Of a stretch of 64,000 bases of DNA, positions 30,848 through 40,324 are shown one piece after another. Under the pieces are notes generated by a model. That model worked only from the letters and a program-made list of their open reading frames with translations, did not search any database and was not told where the DNA came from. Source of the stretch: Nitrospirota bacterium (GTDB taxonomy: Bacteria; Nitrospirota; UBA9217); contig JALNZF010000012.1 of the NCBI GenBank assembly GCA_023229435.1, positions 30,086-94,085 of the forward strand. Reading direction: 5' to 3'. Made by a program: the position numbers and the translations under genes. The first letter of the stretch is position 1. Every line of letters starts with the position of its first letter.

Positions 30848-31837
30848 ATGATCATAAAAAAGAGAGCACTCAAAACCCTGATCCTGGCATTCATCGTACT
30901 CGCGGCGATGTCAGGTGGGACCAGTATCGCCGGGGAAACTCAGGTTTCGGCTACCTACCTCTATACCCTGTCGAACTCCATGGGCATCGTCCCCTTCTCC
31001 TGGGTAAAATTGAGTGTCGATACAGCGAACGATGAGGTCTATGTTGTTTCCTCGAAGAAAGTAAGTATCTTCAACGGGACCGGTATGGAGGTGTACGCCT
31101 TTAATGAATCGGGAGATCTCGGCCTGGTCAGCGATGTCGCCGTGCGAAGCAACGGGGATATCCTCGCTCTGAGTTCCCGGTCCGGTCGCGTGGAGCTCAT
31201 TCGATGCAACTTCCGCGGAGAACCGATAGCGACGATCGAACTGAAGAACCTTCCCGCTGAATATGCCGACTTCAGCGCCAACCGGATTGTGATCCATGGG
31301 ACATCCCTCTATCTCGCCAACACAAATAATATGAAGGTGATCGTGACGGACGATGCGGGCGTTTTCCAGAAGGGATATAATTTGGCCTGGATCATCGAGA
31401 AAGAGCTGAAGGAAGAGGGCGCAGATGAGAGGGAGCTGGAAAGAGAGAAGGAGGACAGCGGCATGACCGGTTTCAACGTGGACGCTGAAGGGAGCATGCT
31501 CTTCACCAGCTCCATCGTCGCCAGGGTCTACCGGGTATCCCTCGATGGAAAGATGCAGGCCTTCGGCAGGCGCGGGAGCTCGCCGGGGAAGTTCGGCGTA
31601 CCGGGCGACGTCGTTGTTGATGCAACGGGCAAATACCTGCTCGTATCCGACATCCTCAGGTGCACTATCCTCGTCTTTGACAAGGACTTCCGGTTCCTGA
31701 CGGAGTTCGGCATTCGCGGCTACCGGCCGCACAATATTGTCGGGCCCCTGTACATGGCTGTGGACGCCAAAAACAGGGTCCATGTGTCTCAACTCAGGAA
31801 CAGAGGCGTAAATGTGTATCAGTTCTCCGAGTTATGA
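30848..31837 (+). CDS. secreted NHL-repeat-like beta-propeller protein
   Basis: 329 aa. Signal peptide (MIIKKRALKTLILAFIVLAAMSGGTSIAG). Repeated ~40-aa blades with the G..G.F..P.GVAVD..G..YV.D pattern (GSSPGKFGVPGDVVVDATGKYLLVSD; ILVFD). The large antisense ORF 30911..31792 is judged a GC shadow. Confidence 0.6.
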   Translation: MIIKKRALKTLILAFIVLAAMSGGTSIAGETQVSATYLYTLSNSMGIVPFSWVKLSVDTANDEVYVVSSKKVSIFNGTGMEVYAFNESGDLGLVSDVAVRSNGDILALSSRSGRVELIRCNFRGEPIATIELKNLPAEYADFSANRIVIHGTSLYLANTNNMKVIVTDDAGVFQKGYNLAWIIEKELKEEGADERELEREKEDSGMTGFNVDAEGSMLFTSSIVARVYRVSLDGKMQAFGRRGSSPGKFGVPGDVVVDATGKYLLVSDILRCTILVFDKDFRFLTEFGIRGYRPHNIVGPLYMAVDAKNRVHVSQLRNRGVNVYQFSEL

Positions 31838-32457
31838 TGTGTCTCCGGAGGAGAACAAGCGAAAGGAAGCGCGAGAAAAGGTAAGAACGACAGCGGCAGT
31901 AAGTAATGCAGGTTGCCCCCATTTGTTCCTTCCAGAGAGAGAAGTTCATCCCCTCCGTCAACCTATAAAGAGCTTTTCACCGCGGCATGTTTTATCGCAA
32001 CTTCTTTAAAGTCCGATCCCAAGAAAAAGAGCAATTAAACCCCGGCTTGTTTTTCCTCCGTGATTTTTGCGCCTTCTGCAGCATGCTCCCGTTATTACTG
32101 ATTGCATAAACAGTTACATGGTGGAATCACCATGCTGAATCGGTCTTATCGCTAAGCATAGATTCTATAACTACGTTTTTAAGTGCCAACATATTGTTAA
32201 ATAATTGTTTTTTGAAAGCAATTAAGTGGCATGCCGGTTGCAATACATAAGAGCAAATACAGAAAAGTCACTTGTGCATCAAGAACCCGGTTATCAAAGA
32301 AAATAGGATTTAAATAAAAAGAAAAGGAGGTGTCGTAACAATCCAAGTAGTAGAAACAGCTGTAGCGAAGTCAGATGAGAACAAAATGCAACAAGAAGTG
32401 GAAAACAGGTTGTTTGGTACAGCTGATAAAGTAATCAGCACATGAAGTCCTCCGAAA

Positions 32458-32519
32458 AAGGTAAACCCATCGTAAGGTGGGGACACAAAGACACGGGTCC
32501 TGATAAGCAGGATGGCCGG
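32458..32519 (+). promoter_or_regulatory. GEMM-I-like (cyclic-dinucleotide) riboswitch candidate in the 5' leader of an OmcS-like gene
   Basis: AAGGUAAACCCAUCGUAAGGUGGGGACACAAAGACACGGG parallels the GEMM-I P1 core GGCAAACC-AUUC-GAAA-GAGUGGGACGCAAAGCC. CCCAUC/GGUGGG forms the stem around a GNRA (GUAA) tetraloop, followed by GGGAC.CAAAG. A second hairpin lies downstream (UCCUG-AUAAG-CAGGA; GGCCGG-UUUG-CCGG), 45-105 nt upstream of the ATG at 32564. Confidence 0.4.
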
Positions 32520-32563
32520 TTTGCCGGAAGAAAAAATTAAAAATTTTTTGGAGGAATACACTA

Positions 32564-33868
32564 ATGAAGATCAAATTTAGTATTATCATGGTCGCAGCAA
32601 TCGCGATCATATGCGGACTCAGCGGAACAAGCTTCGCGTTCCATAGCGGCGGCGTCGCAGAGTGCGAAGGCTGCCATTCGATGCACAACAGCTTCGAGGG
32701 TACGACCAACGTCACCGGCCGCACCTTTGCACAGGGCACGGGCCCCTATCTCTTGAAGGCCAATGACCAGGGCGGCACCTGCCTCAACTGCCACAACGCG
32801 GCTGATACAGTAGCCACCAGCTACCACATCTCCACGAACGGCATCACCGCCTATGACAGCACCGTACCGGTCGAAATGACCCCGGGCGGCGACTTCGCCT
32901 GGCTCAAGAAGACCATGAGCTTCATTGTTCGCGGCAACACCAATACCCAGGTCGGCGATCACAAGGGCCACAGCATCGTAGCCGCTGACTATGGCTATGC
33001 TGCAGACCCCGACCTTACCGTAGCGCCGGGCGGCACTTATCCGGCCGGCAACCTGGCCTGCTCCTCCTGCCATGATCCTCATGGCCGCTATCGCCGCGAC
33101 GCAACGGGCGCCTATGCCACCACGGGTCTCCCGATCTTCAACAGCGGCTCCTACACCAGCAGCAAAGACCCGATCGCGGGCGTTGCCGCAGTCGGCGCAT
33201 ACCGTATCCTCGGCGGCAATGGCTATCTGCCGAAGTCCCTTGCCCTCTCCGGGACACCGGCCTTCACGGTCGATCCGATGGATGTCGTTGTTGCCTCGAC
33301 CTACAACCGTTCAGAAGCAACCAGCCAGACCGGTATCGCCTATGGTAAGAACGTAGCTGAGTGGTGCGCAAACTGCCACACCGGCATGCTCCAGGGCACC
33401 TATACCTCCGGCATGGCAGGCCTTCGTCACCCGGCCGGCAACGGCGCCAAGCTGACCGCGGACATCGTGGCCAACTACAACGCCTATGTCTCCTCGGGCA
33501 TCATGACCAACACAGGGAATGCGTTCAGCACCCTGGCGCCGTTTGCAACAGACACCAATGATCGTACAGTCCTCAAGTCAGCGGCTACAAACACCACGAC
33601 CAGAGTTGCAACCACGGGCGACAACGTAACCTGCCTCTCCTGTCACCGCGCACATGCGACGGCCTTCGAGAGCATGCTCCGTTTCGCCTACAGCAACGAG
33701 TTCATGACCGCAGCAGACTCCACCAACGCCGCGATCTACGACTCAGTCAACGGCAAGGGCACTGGCTACAGCGTAGCGCAGCAGACAAATGCATACTATG
33801 GCCGTCCGGCCACAGCATTCGGGCCGAACGCCCGCGTGTTCTGCAACAAGTGCCACGCGAAAGACTAA
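32564..33868 (+). CDS. OmcS-like hexaheme c-type cytochrome (nanowire-type subunit family)
   Basis: 434 aa. GGAGGAA RBS. Signal peptide ending ...TSFA|FHSGGVAECEGCHSMHNS. Six CXXCH motifs (CEGCH, CLNCH, CSSCH, CANCH, CLSCH, CNKCH). Family blocks GGDFAWLKKT, GHSIVAADYGY, PGGTYPAGNLACSSCHDPHGRYRR, AYRILGG, WCANCH, CLSCHRAHATAFESM and C-terminal CNKCHAKD match my recollection of G. sulfurreducens OmcS. Confidence 0.8.
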   Translation: MKIKFSIIMVAAIAIICGLSGTSFAFHSGGVAECEGCHSMHNSFEGTTNVTGRTFAQGTGPYLLKANDQGGTCLNCHNAADTVATSYHISTNGITAYDSTVPVEMTPGGDFAWLKKTMSFIVRGNTNTQVGDHKGHSIVAADYGYAADPDLTVAPGGTYPAGNLACSSCHDPHGRYRRDATGAYATTGLPIFNSGSYTSSKDPIAGVAAVGAYRILGGNGYLPKSLALSGTPAFTVDPMDVVVASTYNRSEATSQTGIAYGKNVAEWCANCHTGMLQGTYTSGMAGLRHPAGNGAKLTADIVANYNAYVSSGIMTNTGNAFSTLAPFATDTNDRTVLKSAATNTTTRVATTGDNVTCLSCHRAHATAFESMLRFAYSNEFMTAADSTNAAIYDSVNGKGTGYSVAQQTNAYYGRPATAFGPNARVFCNKCHAKD

Positions 33869-33905
33869 TACGCAGTTAGTTTCAACATGATGGTGTGTTC
33901 TCAAA

Positions 33906-33940
33906 GAAGGGCTGGAGAAATCCAGCCCTTCTTCTTCTAA
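33906..33940 (+). terminator. rho-independent terminator
   Basis: Perfect 10-bp stem GAAGGGCTGG/CCAGCCCTTC with a 6-nt loop, followed by a TTCTTCT run, 38 nt after the stop of 32564..33868. Confidence 0.6.
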
Positions 33941-34388
33941 AAATTATCATATTCAGTACTGAGATGGTTGTCAGGAGGAGGGAAGAGTCGTAATTAACCT
34001 TTATTAGCTGTTCCGAGGCATAAGCAGGAGTCCAGACCCTCTCTTGTCTCTTGAGGCTTCCGGATTTTTAGCTGAAACCCACCCCGCACTGAGACAAACC
34101 GCATTGAGCGTTGAGAACGATAGGAGTGATCGATGGATAATGTCATGGAAGCTGTTCCCCGGATAAGTACCAAACCGATGAGGACACCTGCTGTTCGATC
34201 GATCACCACTATGGATATGGTTTTCACGTTATCAGCCCGATTGATCACGATCCCTGTTTAGCAGCGATAGAGTAAAATATTGTAATTTAGGGTATGTTTG
34301 TGATAATATATTCACCTATCGTTAAGTTATGAGAGATTGCTGACGGGATATCCAACCAGCTGCATATCAGTGTCTTTGAAATTATTAT

Positions 34389-35684
34389 ATGAAAATTCTC
34401 AAGATTATCTTGGCGAGTTTGCTGCCTATGGCCTTTGTTATCGCAATGGAAGGCGGCTCAGCCGCTTTTCACGCGGGAGGCGTCGGTCCGTGCGAAGGTT
34501 GTCACAGTATGCATAACTCCGTCGACGGCATGCAGATCAATCCGCTTGCGCCCGCCTATCTCCTGAGACAGCAGGACCCCAGCTCCACCTGCCTGTCCTG
34601 CCACGAGCACGCGGGAGATCCCGGCCCCACGACGTACCATGTCAGCACGCCGGTCAATGAACTCCTGCCGGGCATACCCCCGAAGCAGCTCACTCCGGCT
34701 GGAGATTTCGGATGGCTTAATAAGACATTCTCGTGGGTTTCAAACCCAACTTCAGCCACGGCCTATAGCTATGGAGAGCGGCACGGGCACAATATCGTGG
34801 CAGCTGATTATATGTACGATGCCGACAGCACAAATACCACTGCCCCGGGCGGCACCTATCCCGCGAATAGCCTTGGCTGCATCAGCTGCCATGATCCCCA
34901 TGGAAAATACCGGCGGAATCTGGACGGCTCAATAACGACGACAGGGCGTCCTATCGCCGATTCAGGCTCCTTCGCTTCCAGCCGCGATCCCGACAGCGGC
35001 ATGTCAGTCGGTGTTTACCGGATGCTGGGCGGACAGAACTATCGGCCCAAGTCACTGATCGGCGGTCTGGCCTTTGTGAACGACCCGCCCGCCGCCGTGG
35101 CGCCGGACCAGCCCAACCGGTCGGAGGCAGCAACGCAGACCCGCGTTGCTTATGGGGCCGGGATGTCGGAGTGGTGCATAAACTGCCACCCCAACATGCA
35201 AGGCGGAGGAATGACGGGCCACCACATCGCGGGCTCCACGGCAAAGCTCGGCGCCGTGAAGGCGGACAACTACGCCAAATATGTCAAGACCGGCGATCTC
35301 TCGGGATCGTGGGCAACTTCCTATCTTTCGCTCGTTCCCTTCGAAGAGGGAACAACGGACTATTCAACCCTCAAGGCCCATGCAAAGACCGATGATTCGG
35401 TGCTCGTCGGTCCCAACGGAACGACCTCCCAGGTGATGTGTCTTACCTGCCACCGGGCGCACGCATCAGGGTGGGACCACATGACGAAGTGGAACACCGG
35501 GACCGACTACATCGTTTATAACGGATATTATTCTCAGGAGGGACAAGCGTATCAGCCCTACGGGCAGGGACGAACGGAAGCCGAAGCAACGCGGCCGTAT
35601 TATGACAAACCCGCGGGAAAATTCGCCCTGAACCAGGACGCCCTCTGCAATAAATGCCATAACGGAAACTACAGGGGCATGTGA
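34389..35684 (+). CDS. OmcS-like hexaheme c-type cytochrome (tandem paralog)
   Basis: 431 aa. Signal peptide ...GSAA|FHAGGVGPCEGCHSMHNS. Six CXXCH (CEGCH, CLSCH, CISCH, CINCH, CLTCH, CNKCH). Same family blocks: AGDFGWLNKT, GHNIVAADYMY, CISCHDPHGKYRR, VYRMLGG, WCINCH, CLTCHRAHASGWDHM, CNKCHNG. Confidence 0.8.
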   Translation: MKILKIILASLLPMAFVIAMEGGSAAFHAGGVGPCEGCHSMHNSVDGMQINPLAPAYLLRQQDPSSTCLSCHEHAGDPGPTTYHVSTPVNELLPGIPPKQLTPAGDFGWLNKTFSWVSNPTSATAYSYGERHGHNIVAADYMYDADSTNTTAPGGTYPANSLGCISCHDPHGKYRRNLDGSITTTGRPIADSGSFASSRDPDSGMSVGVYRMLGGQNYRPKSLIGGLAFVNDPPAAVAPDQPNRSEAATQTRVAYGAGMSEWCINCHPNMQGGGMTGHHIAGSTAKLGAVKADNYAKYVKTGDLSGSWATSYLSLVPFEEGTTDYSTLKAHAKTDDSVLVGPNGTTSQVMCLTCHRAHASGWDHMTKWNTGTDYIVYNGYYSQEGQAYQPYGQGRTEAEATRPYYDKPAGKFALNQDALCNKCHNGNYRGM

Positions 35685-36026
35685 TCATGGTTTATTGTTT
35701 TTTCGATGTGCTCTTTAAACATGTTTCCGCGAAGACGCGGGCCAGGACGCAAGGAAAATCTTTATAGTTAGCGCCTCTTGCACAAGTCCCCTTTCGTGTC
35801 ACTCCGAACAAAGTGAGGAATCTTTAACTGTAATAGAAACAAAGATTTCTCCCGTTGGTCGAAATGACAGATTGATGTTGTTTAGACTTTTGCAAGATCC
35901 TCGTTATTCCTAAGTTTTTTTTTAAAACCTTTGCGACCTGAGCCTGTCCTCGAATGATTCCATCGGGGACGCCTTGGCCGTTCAACGAATTTTGTTCCGG
36001 CACATTCAGATTAGGGGAAAGCAATA

Positions 36027-37427
36027 GTGAAAGCGCTCATAATCATCGTGTTTGCTTCTCTGCTGACATCAGGCTGCGCTGCGCTTCCGTCAACGGTAAA
36101 GCCATTGCTCGAGGATGAGGGCGAAGTTTCCGTATACCTTGAGCCTCTTCCCCAGGCGGCGGCGAATTTGAAGTTCACGATCGACCGTCTCTCCCTCGTG
36201 GCCGGCGACGGCACGGAATTTCCCCTCCTCCTTGCCATGTCCGATATCCAGGGCAACGACGTGCGAAGACAACGGTTTCTTGCCGCGGGCCGCGTGCCTC
36301 CGGGGCAGTATAGCGGACTATCGTACGGGGTCGTAAAAGCCGCGCTCCGGGGTGAGGAAGGAGAGGCGGCCCTTCTCGTACCCGAAGCGCCGGTGAGGAT
36401 CCCCCTCTCCTTTGAAATCGGCCGCAAGAAGGTTGTTGTCCTGTCTCTGTCGTTCCGGTACGAGGGGTCCGTCCAAAAGGGATTCAGCTTCACTCCGCAG
36501 TTCTCCCTCTTCATCCCCGGCATGCCGGTGAGCGGCCTGGCGGGGTTCACTGTTAACGGGGGCGACAACACCGTCACCGTCTTCGACAAAAAGGCAGGAC
36601 AGGTCGCGGCGATCATCGCCACGGGCAGGGTGCCCGAGGCCATTGCCCTGGACCAGAAGGGCCGGCTGGCATATCTCTCCCTCGGGGAGGATGACGCCAT
36701 CGAGGTGATCGATATCACGGATGGAACGTTCATCAACAGAGTGAACCTGAGGACCGGCGACGGGCCCCGCGAGCTGGCGCTGACTCCCGACGGAAAGCGC
36801 CTGCTGAGCCTGAACGCCCGCTCCCGCACTGTCAGCATCATCGATCCTGCCTCGGCGATCGAACTCAACAGGGTCCCGGTGGGAGAGGGGCCCCGCCGGC
36901 TCCTGGTCAGCCGGACCGGGGAGCGGTGCTACGTGTTCAACAGCCGTTCAGATACCATTTCGGTCATCGACATCGCCAACAGCGCCATCGTCGCGACGAT
37001 CTCCACGGAGCCCGGCCCCTTGATGGGCCAGTTCAACCGCAAAGGCGACCGGCTCTACGTGGTCTATGAGGGGAGCCCCTATCTCTCGGTCATCGATCCC
37101 TCCTCTCTTTCTGTTGTCAAAAGGGTGTTTGTCGGCCATGGGATCAGCGTTATCAAGACCGATACCCTTACCGATCTTCTGTACGTCTACCGGGGCGGGG
37201 ACTCGCGGATTGAGGTGTATGAGCCCTTCTCCCTCATCCCGATCGATTACATCCCGGCCGTGAGCGACATCGCGGACATGACCATCGACAGCGAAACGAA
37301 CAATCTCTTCGTTGTCAGCGTTGAAAAGAACACACTTCTGTCCATCAGCCTGATGAGTAAAAAGATCGTTGCGGAAATCGATACCGGCGGGCGCCCGGCG
37401 TGGGTGGCGGTCATGGGGCAGCGATAG
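36027..37427 (+). CDS. lipoprotein with YVTN-family beta-propeller repeats
   Basis: GTG start. Signal + lipobox-like LLTSGC. The C-terminal ~300 aa carries repeated 40-residue YVTN-type blades (TGRVPEAIALDQKGRLAYLS; TGDGPRELALTPDGKRLLSLNARSRTVSIIDPAS; VGEGPRRLLVSRTGERCYVFNSRSDTISVIDIANS; LYVVYEGSPYLSVIDPSS). Confidence 0.65.
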   Translation: MKALIIIVFASLLTSGCAALPSTVKPLLEDEGEVSVYLEPLPQAAANLKFTIDRLSLVAGDGTEFPLLLAMSDIQGNDVRRQRFLAAGRVPPGQYSGLSYGVVKAALRGEEGEAALLVPEAPVRIPLSFEIGRKKVVVLSLSFRYEGSVQKGFSFTPQFSLFIPGMPVSGLAGFTVNGGDNTVTVFDKKAGQVAAIIATGRVPEAIALDQKGRLAYLSLGEDDAIEVIDITDGTFINRVNLRTGDGPRELALTPDGKRLLSLNARSRTVSIIDPASAIELNRVPVGEGPRRLLVSRTGERCYVFNSRSDTISVIDIANSAIVATISTEPGPLMGQFNRKGDRLYVVYEGSPYLSVIDPSSLSVVKRVFVGHGISVIKTDTLTDLLYVYRGGDSRIEVYEPFSLIPIDYIPAVSDIADMTIDSETNNLFVVSVEKNTLLSISLMSKKIVAEIDTGGRPAWVAVMGQR

Positions 37428-37430
37428 ACC

Positions 37431-39683
37431 ATGGGCCGGAACAATGAACATTATTTTATTGTATTCATGCTGTTCAACCTGCTTCTCCTGCAGGGGACGG
37501 CATATGCGGACGTCTTCACGGGGTCCGCGGAATTGTTCGAACAGATCGGCAGGACAAACAATGTTACGTCCGAGGGGCTGACGTCGGTCACCAAATCGAC
37601 CTATTTTTTACAGCGGTATAAACTTGACTACCATAATTCGATCTATCCGCAGGTCTTTCTGCGGGCTGGAGTGCGTCTGGAAAAGCAGGCCGTAAACAGT
37701 GACCTGGACGGCTTCACGAGCAGGCAGCATTCCACTGTCTTGATGCCCTCGGCCGGCATCACGCTCGCAAATCCCTTTGTCGTTTTCGGGGCCGGCTACG
37801 ACGAGCGGGATGAAAAGGTGGAGTCAGGGGGAAGTTCATTCAGGACCTTCCGTGAGACGAACAGCGCCTTCCTGGGGCTCAGGCCTGAGGGACTTCCCAC
37901 GGTGGACCTCATCTACAGCGGACAGAAGCGGTATGACGCGGACCGCGCATCGATCGACCAGGAGAATCGGCTGTTTTCCCTGAATACGATGTACCGGCCG
38001 GTCAGAAGTGTACAGCTCTCTTACAATACCTCCTACGAGGACAACGAACAACATATAGCGCGGATCGAAACGCGCGTGCTGAGCCAAAGCGCGCGAGCAG
38101 GTTATGCAGACCGGTTTTTCAAGGATAGAATGTCTTTCGCAACCAATTACAATCTTACCCGTCAGGATGTGCAGTATACCAGGGCCGGCACGGGGGCGGT
38201 GGTCCAGACGCAGATCTTCCCCCTGGCCGGGCTCTCAGCCATTAATGACCAGCCGAACATCGGCGTCCTGAACTCAACTCCTGCGCTGATCGACGGCAAT
38301 TTCACCGCAAGCAGCGGTATGAACATAGGACAGACCCCCTCCCTGGGGGGCGATATCAAAAAAAGGAACGCGGGACTGGACTTCGGGCTCCCTCTCGCAG
38401 TCAGCACCCTGTTCGTCTGGGTTGACCGGCAGGTTCCGGCCGATGCGGCCAATTCCTTTGTCTGGGAAATCTATGTCAGCCAGGACAACCAGACTTGGAG
38501 CCTCCATCAGACGGTCTTTCCCGCGGATTTCGGCGCGTTCGACAACCGGTTCGAGCTCTCCTTCGCCGGCGTAAGCACCCGGTACATCATGGCAGTGACG
38601 AGGCCGCTGTCCGTGGCAGTCGTCCCGCCGCCGGGCGTGGATGTAAGCAATATTTTCATCACCGAGCTCCAGGCCTTCAATGACCAGGCCGTCTCGCTGA
38701 CCGCCGGGACCGCGAACAAAACAGCGCTGAACTCAGCGTCCCTGGACGTGAACACGAAAGTGAATATCATCAGGAGCGACCGGTATGCGCTCTTGTACGA
38801 CCTCTATTATGTGGAGAGGACTGCTGATCAGACAGGACAGCCTTTGCGCCGCGCGAGCACGCTCACCAATGCCCTTATTGCGAACGAGAAGTTCAACAGG
38901 GTGCTTACCGGCAACGCCAGGATCATGCGCCAGGACGATAATGCTGTGGGCGAGGGTTCGTCGACCACCTATGATTACGCAGCCTCCCTTACAGCCTCGT
39001 GGGCGTCCCTCCCGAAGCTGAGCCACATTGCCGTGCTGTCCGGAAAACGGGAGGATTTTGTTGACAAACATATTGTGAAGGACTCGGGAAGCCTGTCGCT
39101 GACCAACACCGCCGAGGTCTATCCGGGAATCAACGCCTATCTGGGCGGCATAGAGACCCTTGTTTCATCGAAGTCGGATGAGGCGATCGTACACACTGAG
39201 AGCTCCCTGGTTTCATTCGGCACCAACATGGTTCCCCACAGGACAATGACCGTAAATTTAAATTATGACTGGTCGGAAGCGGTACAGTGGGGAAGCGACG
39301 CAAGCCTTGTGCCTGCCGGCGTCGCGGTATCGAGAAGACAGAGCATGCTCGCAAGCCTCGCCTATAACCCGCTCGGCAGCCTCTATCTTTTCAGTTCGAT
39401 CCAGAGAATTGAGGAGAAGGGCAAGGAAGGAATCACCTCCACCGTCTTCAGCGGATCGTGGTCGGCCCAGCGCACCGGAGGCGCTCTCGAACTGCGGTTC
39501 AATTACGCCGATTATGTCGAGTCCGAGGCGAGGACGAGGACGCGCAATTACGGTCCGTCGGCACGATGGAAGATAAACGCGAGTGCCTTTCTCGAAGTCG
39601 CATACACAATCGCGACCATTGATTCTCCGCTGAATACTCAGGAATCGACTGCCCTGAACGCCAATTTTAAAATGACCTTTTGA
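37431..39683 (+). CDS. large outer-membrane beta-barrel protein (750 aa)
   Basis: Signal peptide (..LLLLQGTAYA|DV). Alternating amphipathic strand pattern throughout. Abundant Y/N/S/T/G. C-terminal ...ALNANFKMTF ends with a terminal Phe, the OMP beta-barrel signature. Size is compatible with a 26-28-strand barrel. Confidence 0.65.
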   Translation: MGRNNEHYFIVFMLFNLLLLQGTAYADVFTGSAELFEQIGRTNNVTSEGLTSVTKSTYFLQRYKLDYHNSIYPQVFLRAGVRLEKQAVNSDLDGFTSRQHSTVLMPSAGITLANPFVVFGAGYDERDEKVESGGSSFRTFRETNSAFLGLRPEGLPTVDLIYSGQKRYDADRASIDQENRLFSLNTMYRPVRSVQLSYNTSYEDNEQHIARIETRVLSQSARAGYADRFFKDRMSFATNYNLTRQDVQYTRAGTGAVVQTQIFPLAGLSAINDQPNIGVLNSTPALIDGNFTASSGMNIGQTPSLGGDIKKRNAGLDFGLPLAVSTLFVWVDRQVPADAANSFVWEIYVSQDNQTWSLHQTVFPADFGAFDNRFELSFAGVSTRYIMAVTRPLSVAVVPPPGVDVSNIFITELQAFNDQAVSLTAGTANKTALNSASLDVNTKVNIIRSDRYALLYDLYYVERTADQTGQPLRRASTLTNALIANEKFNRVLTGNARIMRQDDNAVGEGSSTTYDYAASLTASWASLPKLSHIAVLSGKREDFVDKHIVKDSGSLSLTNTAEVYPGINAYLGGIETLVSSKSDEAIVHTESSLVSFGTNMVPHRTMTVNLNYDWSEAVQWGSDASLVPAGVAVSRRQSMLASLAYNPLGSLYLFSSIQRIEEKGKEGITSTVFSGSWSAQRTGGALELRFNYADYVESEARTRTRNYGPSARWKINASAFLEVAYTIATIDSPLNTQESTALNANFKMTF

Positions 39684-39733
39684 GGATGCCTGCGCGAAAA
39701 AACGGATCTCATAGGCGAACATTGGAGAAAAAA

Positions 39734-40324
39734 ATGAAGAACTACAAAAATGGCGGGAACCTTCTTTGCGTGACCGTACTGCTGGCTGTTATCATCACCG
39801 CGGCCGGCTGCAAATCCCAGTCTCTGGAGGTGTATCGGGACCAGAAAATGGACATAGGATCGATCTATACCGTTGCCGTCATGCCTTTGGTGAACCTGTC
39901 GAGGGACCAGATGGCGGCGGAACGGGTGCGGGATGTGTTAATAACCATGCTCCTTGCCGACGGTCGCGTGTACGTGATCCCGACCGGAGAGGTCGCCCGG
40001 CAGGTCTCCATGGTCGGGATCTTGAATCCCTCCCTGCCCACGAACGAAGAGGTCATAAAGCTCGGAAAGGCGCTGAAGGTCCAGGGGATTCTAACCGGAA
40101 TGATTAAGGAATATGGTGACGTGAGAGCGGGCTCAGCTACCGCGAATGTCATATCGATAAGCATGCTGCTGACGGAAGTCGATACCGGGAAGGTCGTCAG
40201 CTCCGTGTCATCCACGAAAGGCGGCATCGGTTTTTTTGAACGCCTTTTCGGCGGAGGCGGCGAACCGATGAACGTTGTTACGACAAAGGCAATTAAGGAT
40301 GTCATCAATAAACTTCTTCAATAA
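39734..40324 (+). CDS. small lipoprotein with CsgG/LpoB/TolB-N-like alpha/beta domain
   Basis: ORF open from 39680. ATG at 39734 preceded by GGAGA. Lipobox ITAAGC. Mature domain IYTVAVMPLVNLSRDQMAAERVRDVLITMLLADGRVYVIP..GILTGMI follows the 'kiAV.PF.N.s......g..la..l...L...g.f.V' pattern of the CsgG/LpoB/DUF799 superfamily. Confidence 0.55.
   Translation: MKNYKNGGNLLCVTVLLAVIITAAGCKSQSLEVYRDQKMDIGSIYTVAVMPLVNLSRDQMAAERVRDVLITMLLADGRVYVIPTGEVARQVSMVGILNPSLPTNEEVIKLGKALKVQGILTGMIKEYGDVRAGSATANVISISMLLTEVDTGKVVSSVSSTKGGIGFFERLFGGGGEPMNVVTTKAIKDVINKLLQ

Noticed and set aside
30911-31792. 293-aa ORF antisense to the NHL-repeat gene
   Set aside because: The sense strand has a signal peptide and repeat blades. 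The antisense product is featureless.
34150-34388. Second GEMM-like riboswitch upstream of the second OmcS-like gene
   Set aside because: A partial CAAACCGAUGAGGAC string is present, but there is no GNRA-capped P1 hairpin or GGGAC.CAAAG continuation. Not supported.
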